Source of the DNA: Chrysochromulina tobinii
Taxonomy: Eukaryota
Assembly: GCA_001275005.1 (NCBI GenBank)
Contig: JWZX01002904.1
Location: 59,603 to 79,602, forward strand
Direction of reading: 5' to 3'
Length of the DNA stretch: 20,000 nt
Position 1 is the stretch's first letter; each line of letters opens with the position of its first letter. The notes below the pieces were generated by a model, which saw only the letters and a program-made list of their open reading frames with translations, had not been told where the DNA came from and did no database searches. The translations under genes were made by a program, and so were the position numbers. This document shows positions 12,501 to 17,480 of the stretch, piece by piece.

Positions 12501-15500
12501 AAGACACGAAAAGCCGCTCAGCCGAGACGCCGCGCAGGATGAGTGCCTGCCGGCAAGCTTCGGCACGCAGCTCGGCGAGACGGTCCATGAGCCGTTGAAC
12601 GTCTTTGGTCCGATCGAGCCCAAAGTGCTTCGCGAGTCCGGGCGGCGCGTGGTCGGCGGGTCCCGTCTCGCCATGGACCTCGAGGGCGATCTTGTCGAAT
12701 TCCTTCAGGATAGTCGCGATGCCGTCGATCGTCTTCCAGTTCTGCGCCTTGTACCGCGTGTCCAGGTGGTTGATCGACCACGCCTGCTCGACCGTCGGCA
12801 GCCCTGCCTCGCCCGCACCATTGAAGTAGATGTCGTTGCCGTCGGCCAGGAAGGCCGCGACGCGCTTCAGGGCCGAGCTCGCTTGCTGCTCGCCGTCGGA
12901 GCGCCTCTGCTCGCTCTCCTCGACGTCCTTTTCAAACGTCTGCAGCTCGAGCTCGCCCGCCTTGCCGGCCGCCACGAGGGTCATCGTCTCCTTGTGGCGC
13001 ACATTGACAGTGATGCCATACGGGAGCGGCAGCTGCTGCTTCGATTTGATGGTGACGGTGGCGCAATAGAAGCGCCGACGGAGCGGCAAGTTGATCTGCT
13101 GCGTCGACTCTTCCGCTACGAGTTGCACCGTGAGCGGCTGGATAGAGGCTGATTCGAGGACGCGCAGCGTGTACGTGTGGCCGAAGAAGATGTCGGCCAT
13201 GCCCATGGCGTAGCCGTCGGGCGTGATCGACTTGGAGATGGGCAGGTGCAGGTCGGTCGCGTTGCGCGCCCACGCGAGGTTCTGGGAAGCGATCAGCCGC
13301 GAGTTGTGCAGCACCTCGAGCTGCTGCGGCGGCAGCGAGAGCACGCGCGACCAGTGATTCGGCCTCGGAAGCAGCGGGAAGAGGCGCGCCGTCACGTCGG
13401 AGACGCGGCGTGAGCAGACGAGCTCTACCGGCGCCTGCATGCCGTCGATCACGTCGAAGGTCGCCATCGCGCCACCTACCCCAAAGTTCGACTCGACGGT
13501 GGCCGTGTACTGTTCGCCCACGTAGAAGGCGTCGGGCACGTGCAGCAAGCAGCGCACGGCCAAGTCCGACTCGGTCGTGGTCGTCTCGGCGACCACGTGG
13601 CGAAGGGCCGTGTGCATCACGCGCACGCGCAGGCCCACTGGCAGCGCTTGCGCCGGCTGCGCGCCGTGCTGGGCACTCCCGCCGGCCAGCGCCTCGCCCG
13701 GCCGCTGCACCGACGAGCGCAGCACGACAACGATAGCAGGGACGCACGCTCGGCTGACGAGGAGCGTGGCGCTCGCGGTCTCTGCGCTCGAGCCCACCTG
13801 CAGTTCCGCCGTCGAGCGGAGCACCTGGGGCGTGGGCTGCAGCTCGAGGGTATACCGCTGAAACGCGAGGATCTCCACCTCCGGAGACGCGAGGGTCACG
13901 TGCGCCGTCACGTCGCCACGCGGCTGCGGCTCGCCGCCGCCGAGCTTGATGAGCTTCTTGCCAACGACCAGCCGAGAGTCGTGCGCGAGCCGCACGTAAA
14001 TGGACAGCTCGGTCGGCAGAGGCAGTCCCTCAGACCAGTGCGAGCTGCCGGCCTTGTCCGAGAGGAGATGCACATCGGCTGATGCGAGCTCACGGACGAG
14101 ATCGAGCTTGACGACCGTGGTGACTGCCTCCTTGCCTGCGCTCGAGGGCGCGCCAGGGGAGGCAGGGAGGGTCTCCTTACCGGTCTCCTTGCGTGAGGTG
14201 CTCCGAGCCTCCTTACGCGCCTCCTGCTTGCCCTGTTCCTCGCCCACGACGAAGGTCTTGGGCGCGGCCATCCGGAAGCCGCGACCCTTCGGTACCGAGA
14301 ACGTGTACTGCTCGCCCACGTACAAGGCGCCCTGGTTGACGAACCACGCGTCGCACTCGACCTCCATGCCGGAGAGGCTCGTGCGTCCCTCGAGTACAAT
14401 GCACCCGAGCCCCGTGTGGCTCACTGTGAACGGCACACCCACGGGCAGCGGCCGATCGTCTGCAGAGCACAGCAGCAGGCGCACGTCGCCGACTGCGCGA
14501 TCGATGGCGAGGACTACTTCTTGCGAGTCGCCCCCGTAGTGCACGCCGCCGCCGCTTGCGCCGCCGCCGCCTTCAACGAGGCTCGGCACTACGGAAGCGG
14601 TGGAGGCGCCCGTGACCACAAACTCGCAACGCGCGGCCAAGACGTGGCGCCCACTGAGTGACTGGAGGATGTACGTCTCACCCGTGTACAGCAGCTCCGG
14701 CGGGATCGAGACGCGGTTCGTTGGGCCTGCCGAGCCCTCATGCACGAGCGTGCCCGACGCCTTGTGCACCAGTTTGAATTGGACTTCGCGCGGGAGTGGC
14801 AGCCCAGCCGCCCAGTGATCCGTACTCGCCTCGAGAGCCTTGAAGGCGATGCCGAGCCCGCACGTCGAGCGGCGCACTTGCAACGTCACCTCCTGCGCCT
14901 CGGGGGAGCGCACGTAAAAGTCGCAGCTGCTCGCCTGCAGTCCAAAGGCGGCGAGCACCTTGAGCACGTACGTTTCGCCAACGAAGAGGTAGCCGCTTGG
15001 CAGCGAGACGCGCGGCGCCACGTCGCGTTGCCTGGTCGCGCCCGTAGCCACGACGCGCTCCGTGGCCTTGTGACGAACCTCGTACACGAGCCCCTCGGGC
15101 AGCTCGATCGAGGCGGCCCGGTAGGCGACGCTGCTGCTGCTGCCCGACTTGGCCTCCGGCACGGGCGGCGGCTGCGCACGGAAGATGAGCGACACCACGG
15201 CCGTCGCACGCTCGACGGGCAGCTGCACCTGCACCACCTGCCCGTCCGCCACCACAAAGTCGGTCGAAGTTGGAATGATGGCGCCGTTGGCGGAGGCCGA
15301 GAGCTCATACGTCTCCCCAACGAGAAGCGTGTCTTCGCCGTGGAGCTCCGCGCGGTCGGCCCCGACTGGAAAGGCAGGCATCACGCGCTGGTCGAGCCCG
15401 CGGTGCTTGAGCTGCAGCATCACGCTCGTCGGGACGGGCAGGTCCGACTCGCCCGGGAGCAGGTGCACCATCACGCGCCCGACACGGCGCGCGAGCACCA

Positions 15501-16005
15501 CGCTCACCACGTGCCCCTCGGAGGTGACGACAAAGTCCTTTTTGGCCATCTGTAGCTGGACGGTTGCAGGCACCTCAATCGTGTACGTCTCCCCCACGAA
15601 CAGGCTCTGATGCACGCCGCGCTCGCCCGCAGCGTCGCCGCTGCTGCTGCTGAGCACACACGTGTCGTGCCGGTCGGAGCGCGTCGCGCCGTGCGCAACT
15701 GGCACCCCAAGTCGCTTGTGGTACACGTTGAATGCGATGCCGTCGGGCATCGGGAGGGCAGAGGACCAGTGGCCGGTCCCCGCCTTGGCATACCGGCACG
15801 CGACAGTCACCTCGCCCACGCAGCGGTGCACACGGCACGCGACCTCCACGTGGCGGCTCATCGGCGTGAAGGTCGTCTCGCCCGCCTGTGATCGGCACGC
15901 CTCCGTCTTGTCGACGACGACCTCGTACTTCTCGCCCGTGATGAACGACATCGTCTTGGCAGTGAACCGCGCTCGCGAGTGCGTATCGGTCGCGCCGGTC
16001 GCCAC
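508..16005 (-). CDS. Giant multidomain protein (5165 aa): repeated putative beta-sandwich units, 9 OmpA-C-like domains, EF-hand pair, annexin-like core. True N-terminus probably lies upstream.
   Basis: 15.5-kb stop-free frame with protein-level internal repeats and recognisable EF-hand and annexin motifs. The listed start is a GTG in the middle of a repeat unit. The first in-frame ATG is at 15951. No introns are needed to explain the frame. Confidence 0.93.
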   Translation of the reverse strand: MATGATDTHSRARFTAKTMSFITGEKYEVVVDKTEACRSQAGETTFTPMSRHVEVACRVHRCVGEVTVACRYAKAGTGHWSSALPMPDGIAFNVYHKRLGVPVAHGATRSDRHDTCVLSSSSGDAAGERGVHQSLFVGETYTIEVPATVQLQMAKKDFVVTSEGHVVSVVLARRVGRVMVHLLPGESDLPVPTSVMLQLKHRGLDQRVMPAFPVGADRAELHGEDTLLVGETYELSASANGAIIPTSTDFVVADGQVVQVQLPVERATAVVSLIFRAQPPPVPEAKSGSSSSVAYRAASIELPEGLVYEVRHKATERVVATGATRQRDVAPRVSLPSGYLFVGETYVLKVLAAFGLQASSCDFYVRSPEAQEVTLQVRRSTCGLGIAFKALEASTDHWAAGLPLPREVQFKLVHKASGTLVHEGSAGPTNRVSIPPELLYTGETYILQSLSGRHVLAARCEFVVTGASTASVVPSLVEGGGGASGGGVHYGGDSQEVVLAIDRAVGDVRLLLCSADDRPLPVGVPFTVSHTGLGCIVLEGRTSLSGMEVECDAWFVNQGALYVGEQYTFSVPKGRGFRMAAPKTFVVGEEQGKQEARKEARSTSRKETGKETLPASPGAPSSAGKEAVTTVVKLDLVRELASADVHLLSDKAGSSHWSEGLPLPTELSIYVRLAHDSRLVVGKKLIKLGGGEPQPRGDVTAHVTLASPEVEILAFQRYTLELQPTPQVLRSTAELQVGSSAETASATLLVSRACVPAIVVVLRSSVQRPGEALAGGSAQHGAQPAQALPVGLRVRVMHTALRHVVAETTTTESDLAVRCLLHVPDAFYVGEQYTATVESNFGVGGAMATFDVIDGMQAPVELVCSRRVSDVTARLFPLLPRPNHWSRVLSLPPQQLEVLHNSRLIASQNLAWARNATDLHLPISKSITPDGYAMGMADIFFGHTYTLRVLESASIQPLTVQLVAEESTQQINLPLRRRFYCATVTIKSKQQLPLPYGITVNVRHKETMTLVAAGKAGELELQTFEKDVEESEQRRSDGEQQASSALKRVAAFLADGNDIYFNGAGEAGLPTVEQAWSINHLDTRYKAQNWKTIDGIATILKEFDKIALEVHGETGPADHAPPGLAKHFGLDRTKDVQRLMDRLAELRAEACRQALILRGVSAERLFVSFKGRGGHIRTDFIPRSLHDASSLSLAVTQLLKAQSRPGALTFHSPAERSLQSVALSWTLDHTDTAIRLQNRANLEAVASTMLRYPMLHVEVGVTVETQSSGAAPQRLLEHFASSSSSARVSSGAANGGTASGTAVGSSGAQSAFEQLARARVNAVLGALQRLGVPPSRTFGSVLVGGAADAVTFSARTTAWRKSAENTEDYTSIGAAEAAREHRVYIGRDPRGGASYVAVHRPSSVSVRIEEPDALYPGERYIAETVAMPSLGVPHAKVEFKMPEHDEALELTVERPMGDVSLVLVDVRSKSSHWSAPLPMPGRARIRIRHKELGVVVPEREILAIAPTEPANKGGAALLRFSLKQMLYVGETYTLEVLETDEMLGTTREFIVEFVEQQIIEVPVSRTSRDVRVTLRLDQDDAEPTPVDRIRIDEAITIVAKHKALGLETSSGVTREGAALLPGADALYVGQTYVFEVGDLEGSSHVSARTTEITISAGKEPLQIQVPIGPSAGRVHLLLRDPLKDTQSPLANLPMPRIHFSIFPKPRTGRLKFSGTTDAQGRFTLEKGAQMYVGRSYTVEVSSEQNKRVVSNAIGEFTILKNDSFGDQTVRVDVHRALGDVTAIFTTVHAHSAHWASSLKLPAPFEYRIVHKKSGAVVHQETILRQPSHTVRQELPAKHRLFVEEAYYMEVGYQMRQSVAEATEMLRKKLHGRTVEFLEAGPQAVPDVATSWSLDLRDDALKVEANCAVIDTIVEVLNGFPALHLEVHVQTGRRHSVDALAAYYKMRDLPRLLDHLARNRASACVEALRKVGVGSHRLRATFRGGEAVDTVEFRLETPRSSRLGDPLSGLTPKRIDFTVASPALTGASQEVSMALEKATGDLNVLFRSAHPEPAHWSHFLRVPPGLRVVVRHTASDTRIVEGVVSSGDESKCVLLGSQPSRQLYCQEHYTLDLEGGSYFAPDPNALLLRAGVQDVVMRVTWATRMVRCYLSSADANVYRSAQAQEAYARIRAFLEKHDIIFDGAADSQVVKITQAWSIHHSDPQVRAANLATISGVAGILKAYPNLRIEVHGKTGAAESAPRRLADHFGKHPKHDVQELMDKLAMHRAQACLEALVHSGVPASQLYVSFRGRDGASTVDFIPEGTSSAPSLAGQPVQREMARLPAGIPFEVRLKAGGTVLHAGMTTKAEPEVLVPLPHKERLIVGQTYVFEAFAGPGTDPNLCEFTIDPDQVHDLDILEIRLPVRRAAAGALTVRCRHAVEEGHWSRKLPLPVAVSYHVLDHVGTVASMGQASGHTPTPLNTFGLIVGQAYRLRVPQTRQIVASELTDAFTMGRDDVDQPIVLSLRRQTAPVTLVVEASERASREGHWSAALPLPPLFDIVLVHAGLGEVVSEFLVEGETGRLCRRELDRSQLYVDEKYVVQLGCSSRVQLDRASAQLGALLKSRAIRFASAADKGLRAIEEAWSVDHPDQTLKAQNHNLLDEIARILGEHPGVALEVHGESARLDEAPDALARYYKRRPKEDAQLLSMHLARNRSEACVRALVARNKTLEKRLSVCRARTGKPQTEFVPSALLGLSGTGFQPTVVEFKVAANTELMTTRSQEVRVSVERQTGDVLIKLVNARAETGHWSSALAVASGVPISIRHKKLNLEVLRETVFDGELLLKGTDLFYVHEVYTVHVAATIRTEEAVAELTVFGGTSTTLKIPIHRPSRRVELFLASEQLNDVTVQSAARAREQITRYLIDHDIFFNGAADPLTQSSPLGVAQAWNIEHLEPKKRDENGKILDTIAAIMKQHKEIALEIAGSTTKQTSAEALGNYFRLHPTDDVTKCLDLLARQRGDACFEALVRRGVEAARMWVTSHPQGEAMKVDFIPHASSIKDRYSPLPAGVPFRLLHQRQSDGGLRAALSEMRSFTERNVVEFNGAGEQLADVQQAWSVQHLDRRRTQLNLQTLQGVAAILQKFPEVYLEVRGETGGADAAPRQLASYLSMDRIKQVGPIMDKLAEMRAKACIGTLVQLGIRRERLLPSFNGNSKHLRVEFLPRSMRPYAPLDEGPVPELALVFEGVTQAAGQKVQCPLPPNTALHVDETYVLQVRPVRLPSEPDLVLDERRAVRVNDPRSETGASHFQCVYRSFSIKAESKPEDVCVEQLIAPRVRRGTIKVTAADARYGKGDWTEALQLPGSIPFHVYRVIETPAEGAAQPAADQPAAGQPAAREAAGAIAGMQPLNMSPSPAAAKAAPDRDLAAAPVYEGTLHPTRPGRSGAVFHADKLEPGVLYELRVLATSVTKPASVRFVESAQAVEVGVRLERAMCDVKVYWAWPTNAWYANMELPAAVPYQLYHLGLKREVQRGMLRHTARAALTAQQQLVEADTRIRTRIKSEVLSFHSAADESLGAIEHSWSLDYEGDDTKRQRNHELLDELARLLLESPEVALQVDGETALVREAPERLAQYYRRRAREDARELCEQLATNRANACVDALIRRGIPPERLLATCRTDAATGTAGAAGAARARTGASRVHFVPMALADMAEKHKAHDKRREHQASSAAAAVATFLQAEEYRVVFNGASEDATKSSSRGLAQSWSIEHLNQEKQLRNLATLEGIASIMLRHPEASLEVHGQTTYPEEGRADEDLAALFKLRATEDCNAVMDLLAKKRATACLEHLVSLGVPRRNLYLTYRGGQGHSRVDFRPQQGGKVGRHVTDDVLTIFRTYDKDSSGSIDLDELSTALSDLKLSASSREIVEIMQRYDADQSGTLELTEFGQLVHDLRRFQAKQAVSKHQAELHRSYGMLETALPASERFELRVAAPGATPGKAASVEQFDPAGQPCIFETKAAPSASKEDPNHMAMVSMLLAPLSQAITLRVEVAPLANTGGKHWAAGLATLDNIRYEVRHTRLDLPVLSGTLAAPSTAPLPHVGHLFIGEEYTVHTLGGALFEASTTFKVGAAPLEVPLRGTLREASLTVRFESAIKDKVLPPSIPYAIRSARMAPGAKPLIEATTVASGKAIVEEPVRTPSAGGFVMHDEYIVEVRGAEREGAIVSTSLRFFANEPNTLVKVVLHERGPEAGLRLRWLGPEKPAQYRSSGDGDDLQPSSFEEVLDELPFKILRKSSGQMLLALRKGKGAAPTEVGDKAGEHAIFQGDEITIVTEPSNGWASSTKTLVVPYTKRVDVEIPMARDKARAAQGGYGGGGGGGGGYGGYGGGGGFGGAQGEGIVALRPSLSVAEWARGLPPPPGLGFVIAREDPLNVGGYGYSVGGYVPPPPPSAIVASGFLDASGRARLDERQLQPGAPHRVHLAYAAPPAAGGYGGYASAPPPLVPLMADGLGPAEPASASFIPPLGMNEELPLELRRCTRDLRVVALAAASINPRGDPIAVRVQLRHERMSQVVIAEGDTGAGGAGSAGDGGYGGYGIGAMGGINGCVLRGAIYVGETYLIQAPNEPPMRVTVAAPLAGRLAEPQTIELRVSSSSASSASSGSGPGARAFAAITSAPMMTPNVVPAPVPGARWYDERPAAEGAERRAEEDARRMQEALGKKDQGKILALLRGKSVAELQLMRRAYSRTYARELSELIGKRSELEGLLLLTKPEHDMHTLKTALLLTKPELDMRTLKAALEASSSSKKDVKAAATTSILELLCTSLPSSLLELQEEWRRTERVELLGVLRRQLDTPEERRLGAHESALPLLLVLLERADEAARGAGIGGTQIVHDVFRALDKVPPGQSDLLKTRLFPLLAGLGRIALADLARDYRRRYECDILDEVGTHLRGPLSRAVRLLLTPTETYYARKLHAAFHGVAKTPELLAFGLVHLVKKDETLVSVVGARFGRDLSGIATQYHSQYQTSLVEAIIAKTTGDMRKVLREVVEGCLETAPPAAPAPLVASADLPAASQGVYGAGQQMQPPAYGGATSQGVYGAGQQMQPPAYGGATSQGVYGAGQQMQPPAYGGATSQGVYGTGQQMQPPAYGAGASPMALRGYEASAYAPAQPVEHRMPPTLPTLPVAQPPPPVDAPYD
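651..884. repeat. 60-bp tandem repeat, about 3.9 near-identical copies, encoding (GATSQGVYGAGQQMQPPAYG)n in the giant ORF
   Basis: Unit cgccgtacgcgggtggctgcatctgctgcccggcgccatagacgccctgtgacgtggcgc starts at 651, 711, 771 and 831, with only isolated substitutions. Confidence 0.97.
950..1980 (-). other. Annexin-like core domain (about 4 degenerate annexin repeats) within the giant ORF
   Basis: AEEDARRMQEALG..KILALLRGKSVAELQLMRRAYSRTYARELSELI, and LARDYRRRYECDILDEVGTHLRGPLSRAVRLLLTPTETYYARKLHAAFHG...DETLVSVVGARFGRDLSGIATQYHSQYQTSLVEAIIAKTTGDMRKVL. These match the annexin repeat pattern (DA..L..A..G; TL..I...R...DL..I...Y...Y..SL...I...TSGD..K.L). Confidence 0.8.
1699..1798. repeat. 48-bp tandem duplication (2 copies) inside the annexin-like region
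   Basis: gagcgccgccttgagcgtgcgcatgtcgagctcgggtttcgtcaggag (1699-1746) versus gagcgccgtcttgagcgtatgcatgtcgtgctcgggtttcgtcaggag (1747-1794). The protein reads LLLTKPEHDMHTLKTA / LLLTKPELDMRTLKAA. Confidence 0.93.
4234..4428 (-). other. EF-hand pair (calcium-binding) within the giant ORF
   Basis: Two canonical 12-residue loops, DKDSSGSIDLDE (4363-4398) and DADQSGTLELTE (4255-4290), with D1, D3, S5, G6 and E12 and calmodulin-like flanking helices (IFRTY..., IMQRY...F). Confidence 0.92.
4462..4890 (-). other. OmpA-C-like domain 9
   Basis: VVFNGA..QSWSIEH..RNLATLEGIASIMLRHPEASLEVHGQT..LAKKRATACLEHLVSLGVPRRNL..RVDF. Confidence 0.7.
4965..5427 (-). other. OmpA-C-like domain 8
   Basis: LSFHSAA..HSWSLDY..RNHELLDELARLLLESPEVALQVDGET..LATNRANACVDALIRRGIPPERL..RVHF. 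Confidence 0.72.
6405..6822 (-). other. OmpA-C-like domain 7
   Basis: VEFNGA..QAWSVQH..LNLQTLQGVAAILQKFPEVYLEVRGET..LAEMRAKACIGTLVQLGIRRERL..RVEF. Confidence 0.72.
6910..7330 (-). other. OmpA-C-like domain 6
   Basis: IFFNGA..QAWNIEH..ENGKILDTIAAIMKQHKEIALEIAGST..LARQRGDACFEALVRRGVEAARM..KVDF. Confidence 0.7.
7820..8232 (-). other. OmpA-C-like domain 5
   Basis: IRFASAA..EAWSVDH..QNHNLLDEIARILGEHPGVALEVHGES..LARNRSEACVRALV..RL..TEF. Confidence 0.7.
9103..9520 (-). other. OmpA-C-like domain 4
   Basis: IIFDGA..QAWSIHH..ANLATISGVAGILKAYPNLRIEVHGKT..LAMHRAQACLEALVHSGVPASQL..TVDF. Confidence 0.72.
10025..10430 (-). other. OmpA-C-like domain 3
   Basis: VEFLEA..TSWSLDL..ANCAVIDTIVEVLNGFPALHLEVHVQT..LARNRASACVEALRKVGVGSHRL..TVEF. 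Confidence 0.65.
11945..12430 (-). other. OmpA-C-like domain 2 (with a Ser/Gly-rich insertion)
   Basis: LTFHS..LSWTLDH..QNRANLEAVASTMLRYPMLHVEVGVT..LARARVNAVLGALQRLGVPPSR..AVTF. Confidence 0.62.
12460..12871 (-). other. OmpA-C-like domain 1
   Basis: IYFNGA..QAWSINH..QNWKTIDGIATILKEFDKIALEVHGET..LAELRAEACRQALILRGVSAERL..RTDF. Confidence 0.72.
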
Positions 16006-16636
16006 GACGCACCTGATCGTGATTGATGCAGCACGCGCAACGGCACGCCTGTGGGAAGCGGGAGCTCGCTTGCCCAGTACGAGGTGCCGGCATGCACGGA
16101 GCGCAGCACCACGTCTACCGACGCGAAGGCACGAGCAACGCGCAGCACCATCGCCGCCGTCTCGCCCACAGACGACGTGAATCCAACGGTCGCCTCATCG
16201 AGCAAGTCGGACTTTGGCACACGGAGCCAAAAGTTCTCGCCCACGTACAGGTTGGCTGCCTGGCCGTCGACGGAGCCCGAGCCGTTGGCAGCGGTTCTGG
16301 CGTGCACGACGACCTTGGACTCACAGTGCACGATTTCAAAGCCGATGCGCTCGGGGAGCGGCAGCGAGCGCGCCCAGTGCTGCGTGTCCACGAGCGCCAG
16401 CTCGAGTTCGAAGCTCGGACCACCTCGACAACCACCTCGAAGCCACGCGCACTCGAGGCGCCGCCATCGACGGTGAAGCTCGCCTCGCCTGCCGAGATGC
16501 CCGGGCCGCCGGGCGTGCGCGCTACGTAGGTCTCACCTACGAAGAGCGTGCCGCGCCGCTTGATGACTGACTTGCCCACCTGGTCCGTGACGCCGCTCGC
16601 CACTTCCTTATTGAGCAACTTGTGTACGATCGTCAC
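16006..16636 (-). pseudogene. Frameshifted 5' continuation of the giant ORF (about 2.3 further repeat units)
   Basis: The frame of ORF 16115..16636 gives IVHKLLNKEVASGVT..LFVGETY..FTV..VVEVVRA. After a shift at ~16411 the next frame gives ELELALVDTQHWARSLPLP..LYVGENF..YWASELPLPTGVPLRVLHQ. After a shift at ~16020 it joins IRCVVATGAT of the main ORF. The motifs are the same as in the main array. Confidence 0.82.
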
Positions 16637-16639
16637 GGA

Positions 16640-17110
16640 CTTGCGAGCGCTCCCGTCGCGGGATCCACCTTTGCTGGGTGGTACTCATGGTGCACACGGC
16701 CAGGCTGTAGTCGCAGCCGGCGGGTGCGACGGGGTTGCGGTACACCACGTAGTGTATGCGTGCGTTGTCGTCCTTCTCGCCCGGCAGCGGGCTCGGCCGC
16801 GAGAGCACGAGCGCCTCGCCGGGCCCCAGCGACCGCACGCGCGACACGACCGTCCCGTGGAAGTCGTGCACGAATGGTGGGTCCCCAGTCTGCGCCTTGG
16901 CGGCTCGGTTGAGGAGATCCGCGCTGCGCTCGAAGCACAGGTACGCGCGCGCAATCTCGGTCGCCGCGCTGTAAATCTTCGCGAGCTGCACCAGCTTCTC
17001 GCACACGATCTTTGCCCGCGGCGGCGCGGCCCACCCAAAAGGCGCACACGAGCGGCTCGCGGTAGAGCACGCCCTCCAAGACCCCCAGGCAGTGCGACAC
17101 GAGCCACACG
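16640..17110 (-). pseudogene. Degenerate fragment of an unidentified protein gene
   Basis: Protein-like text is split over two frames: KIVCEKLVQLAKIYSAATEIARAYLCFERSADLLNRA..VRSLGPGEALVL..HYVVYR..YSLAVC, then EYHPAKVDPATG in another frame. It is loosely reminiscent of a 'C-N-T-G..EYHP' segment of giant protist proteins, but the identity is uncertain. Confidence 0.4.
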
Positions 17111-17480
17111 TCTTTGAGAGGGCGCAGCGCCTCAGGCGCCGCGACAGCGTCATTGCGTCCGCCTCTGCGGCGAACAAGCCGCTCGGGTAGACCTCCGCGC
17201 CATCCAGCAGCTCCGCCGCCTCCCCCACACGCGGATGGAACAGCTCACGGGCGCGGCGCAGACCACCGCGCGCCACCGGCACGAACGACAGCTCTCGCAA
17301 CGCGTCCACAAACCCCGCGTCCTCCGCACTCAACGCGCGTGTGCAGCTCGTACAGAGCACCCACCATCGCACGGCCGCGCTCGCTCGCCTGCAGCTCGCC
17401 CAGCCGAGCGAACACGTGCTCGCGGTAGAAGCGGCTGCGCCCGATCTGCGGGATGCCCGCGAAGAGTACGAGACCCGACT
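17110..17480 (-). pseudogene. Sacsin-like gene fragment, frameshifted near 17335
   Basis: GIPQIGRSRFYREHVFARLGELQASERGRAMVGALYELH /shift/ SAEDAGFVDALRELSFVPVARGGLRRARELFHPRVGEAAELLDGAEVYPSGLF. This resembles sacsin repeat regions (L..L.FVP...G.L....L..P......L......P...F). Confidence 0.6.

Larger units (their letters stand above)
2150..16005 (-). repeat. Array of about 25-27 divergent ~110-aa putative beta-sandwich (Ig-like/prealbumin-like) units
   Basis: Recurrent motif order: V.V.L - (HW[SA]..)LP[LM]P - [FY].[VI].H...g..V..G.T - L[YF]VGE.Y.L.V - F.V - V.L.V.R. Examples are LFVGETY, LYTGETY, LYVGEQY, FYVGEQY, LYVGQTY, LIVGQTY, LYVDEKY, LFIGEEY and IYVGETY. The fold assignment is inferred from alternating hydrophobic patterns. 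Confidence 0.75.

Noticed and set aside
1325..15555. Many long plus-strand and alternate-frame ORFs (e.g. 9316..10998, 560 aa; 3130..4389; 7063..8298)
   Set aside because: These are shadow ORFs expected from high GC and codon bias opposite a real CDS. The translations are Arg/Ala-rich with no motifs.
508..16005. Bacterial origin of the contig (OmpA-like domains, intronless giant ORF)
   Set aside because: The annexin domain, calmodulin-like EF-hands and neighbouring dynein, sacsin-like and LRR fragments point to a eukaryotic genome. There is no operon structure.
16006..16420. Programmed ribosomal frameshifting as the explanation for the two shifts
   Set aside because: There is no slippery heptamer at either site, and similar indels occur throughout the adjacent degenerate region.
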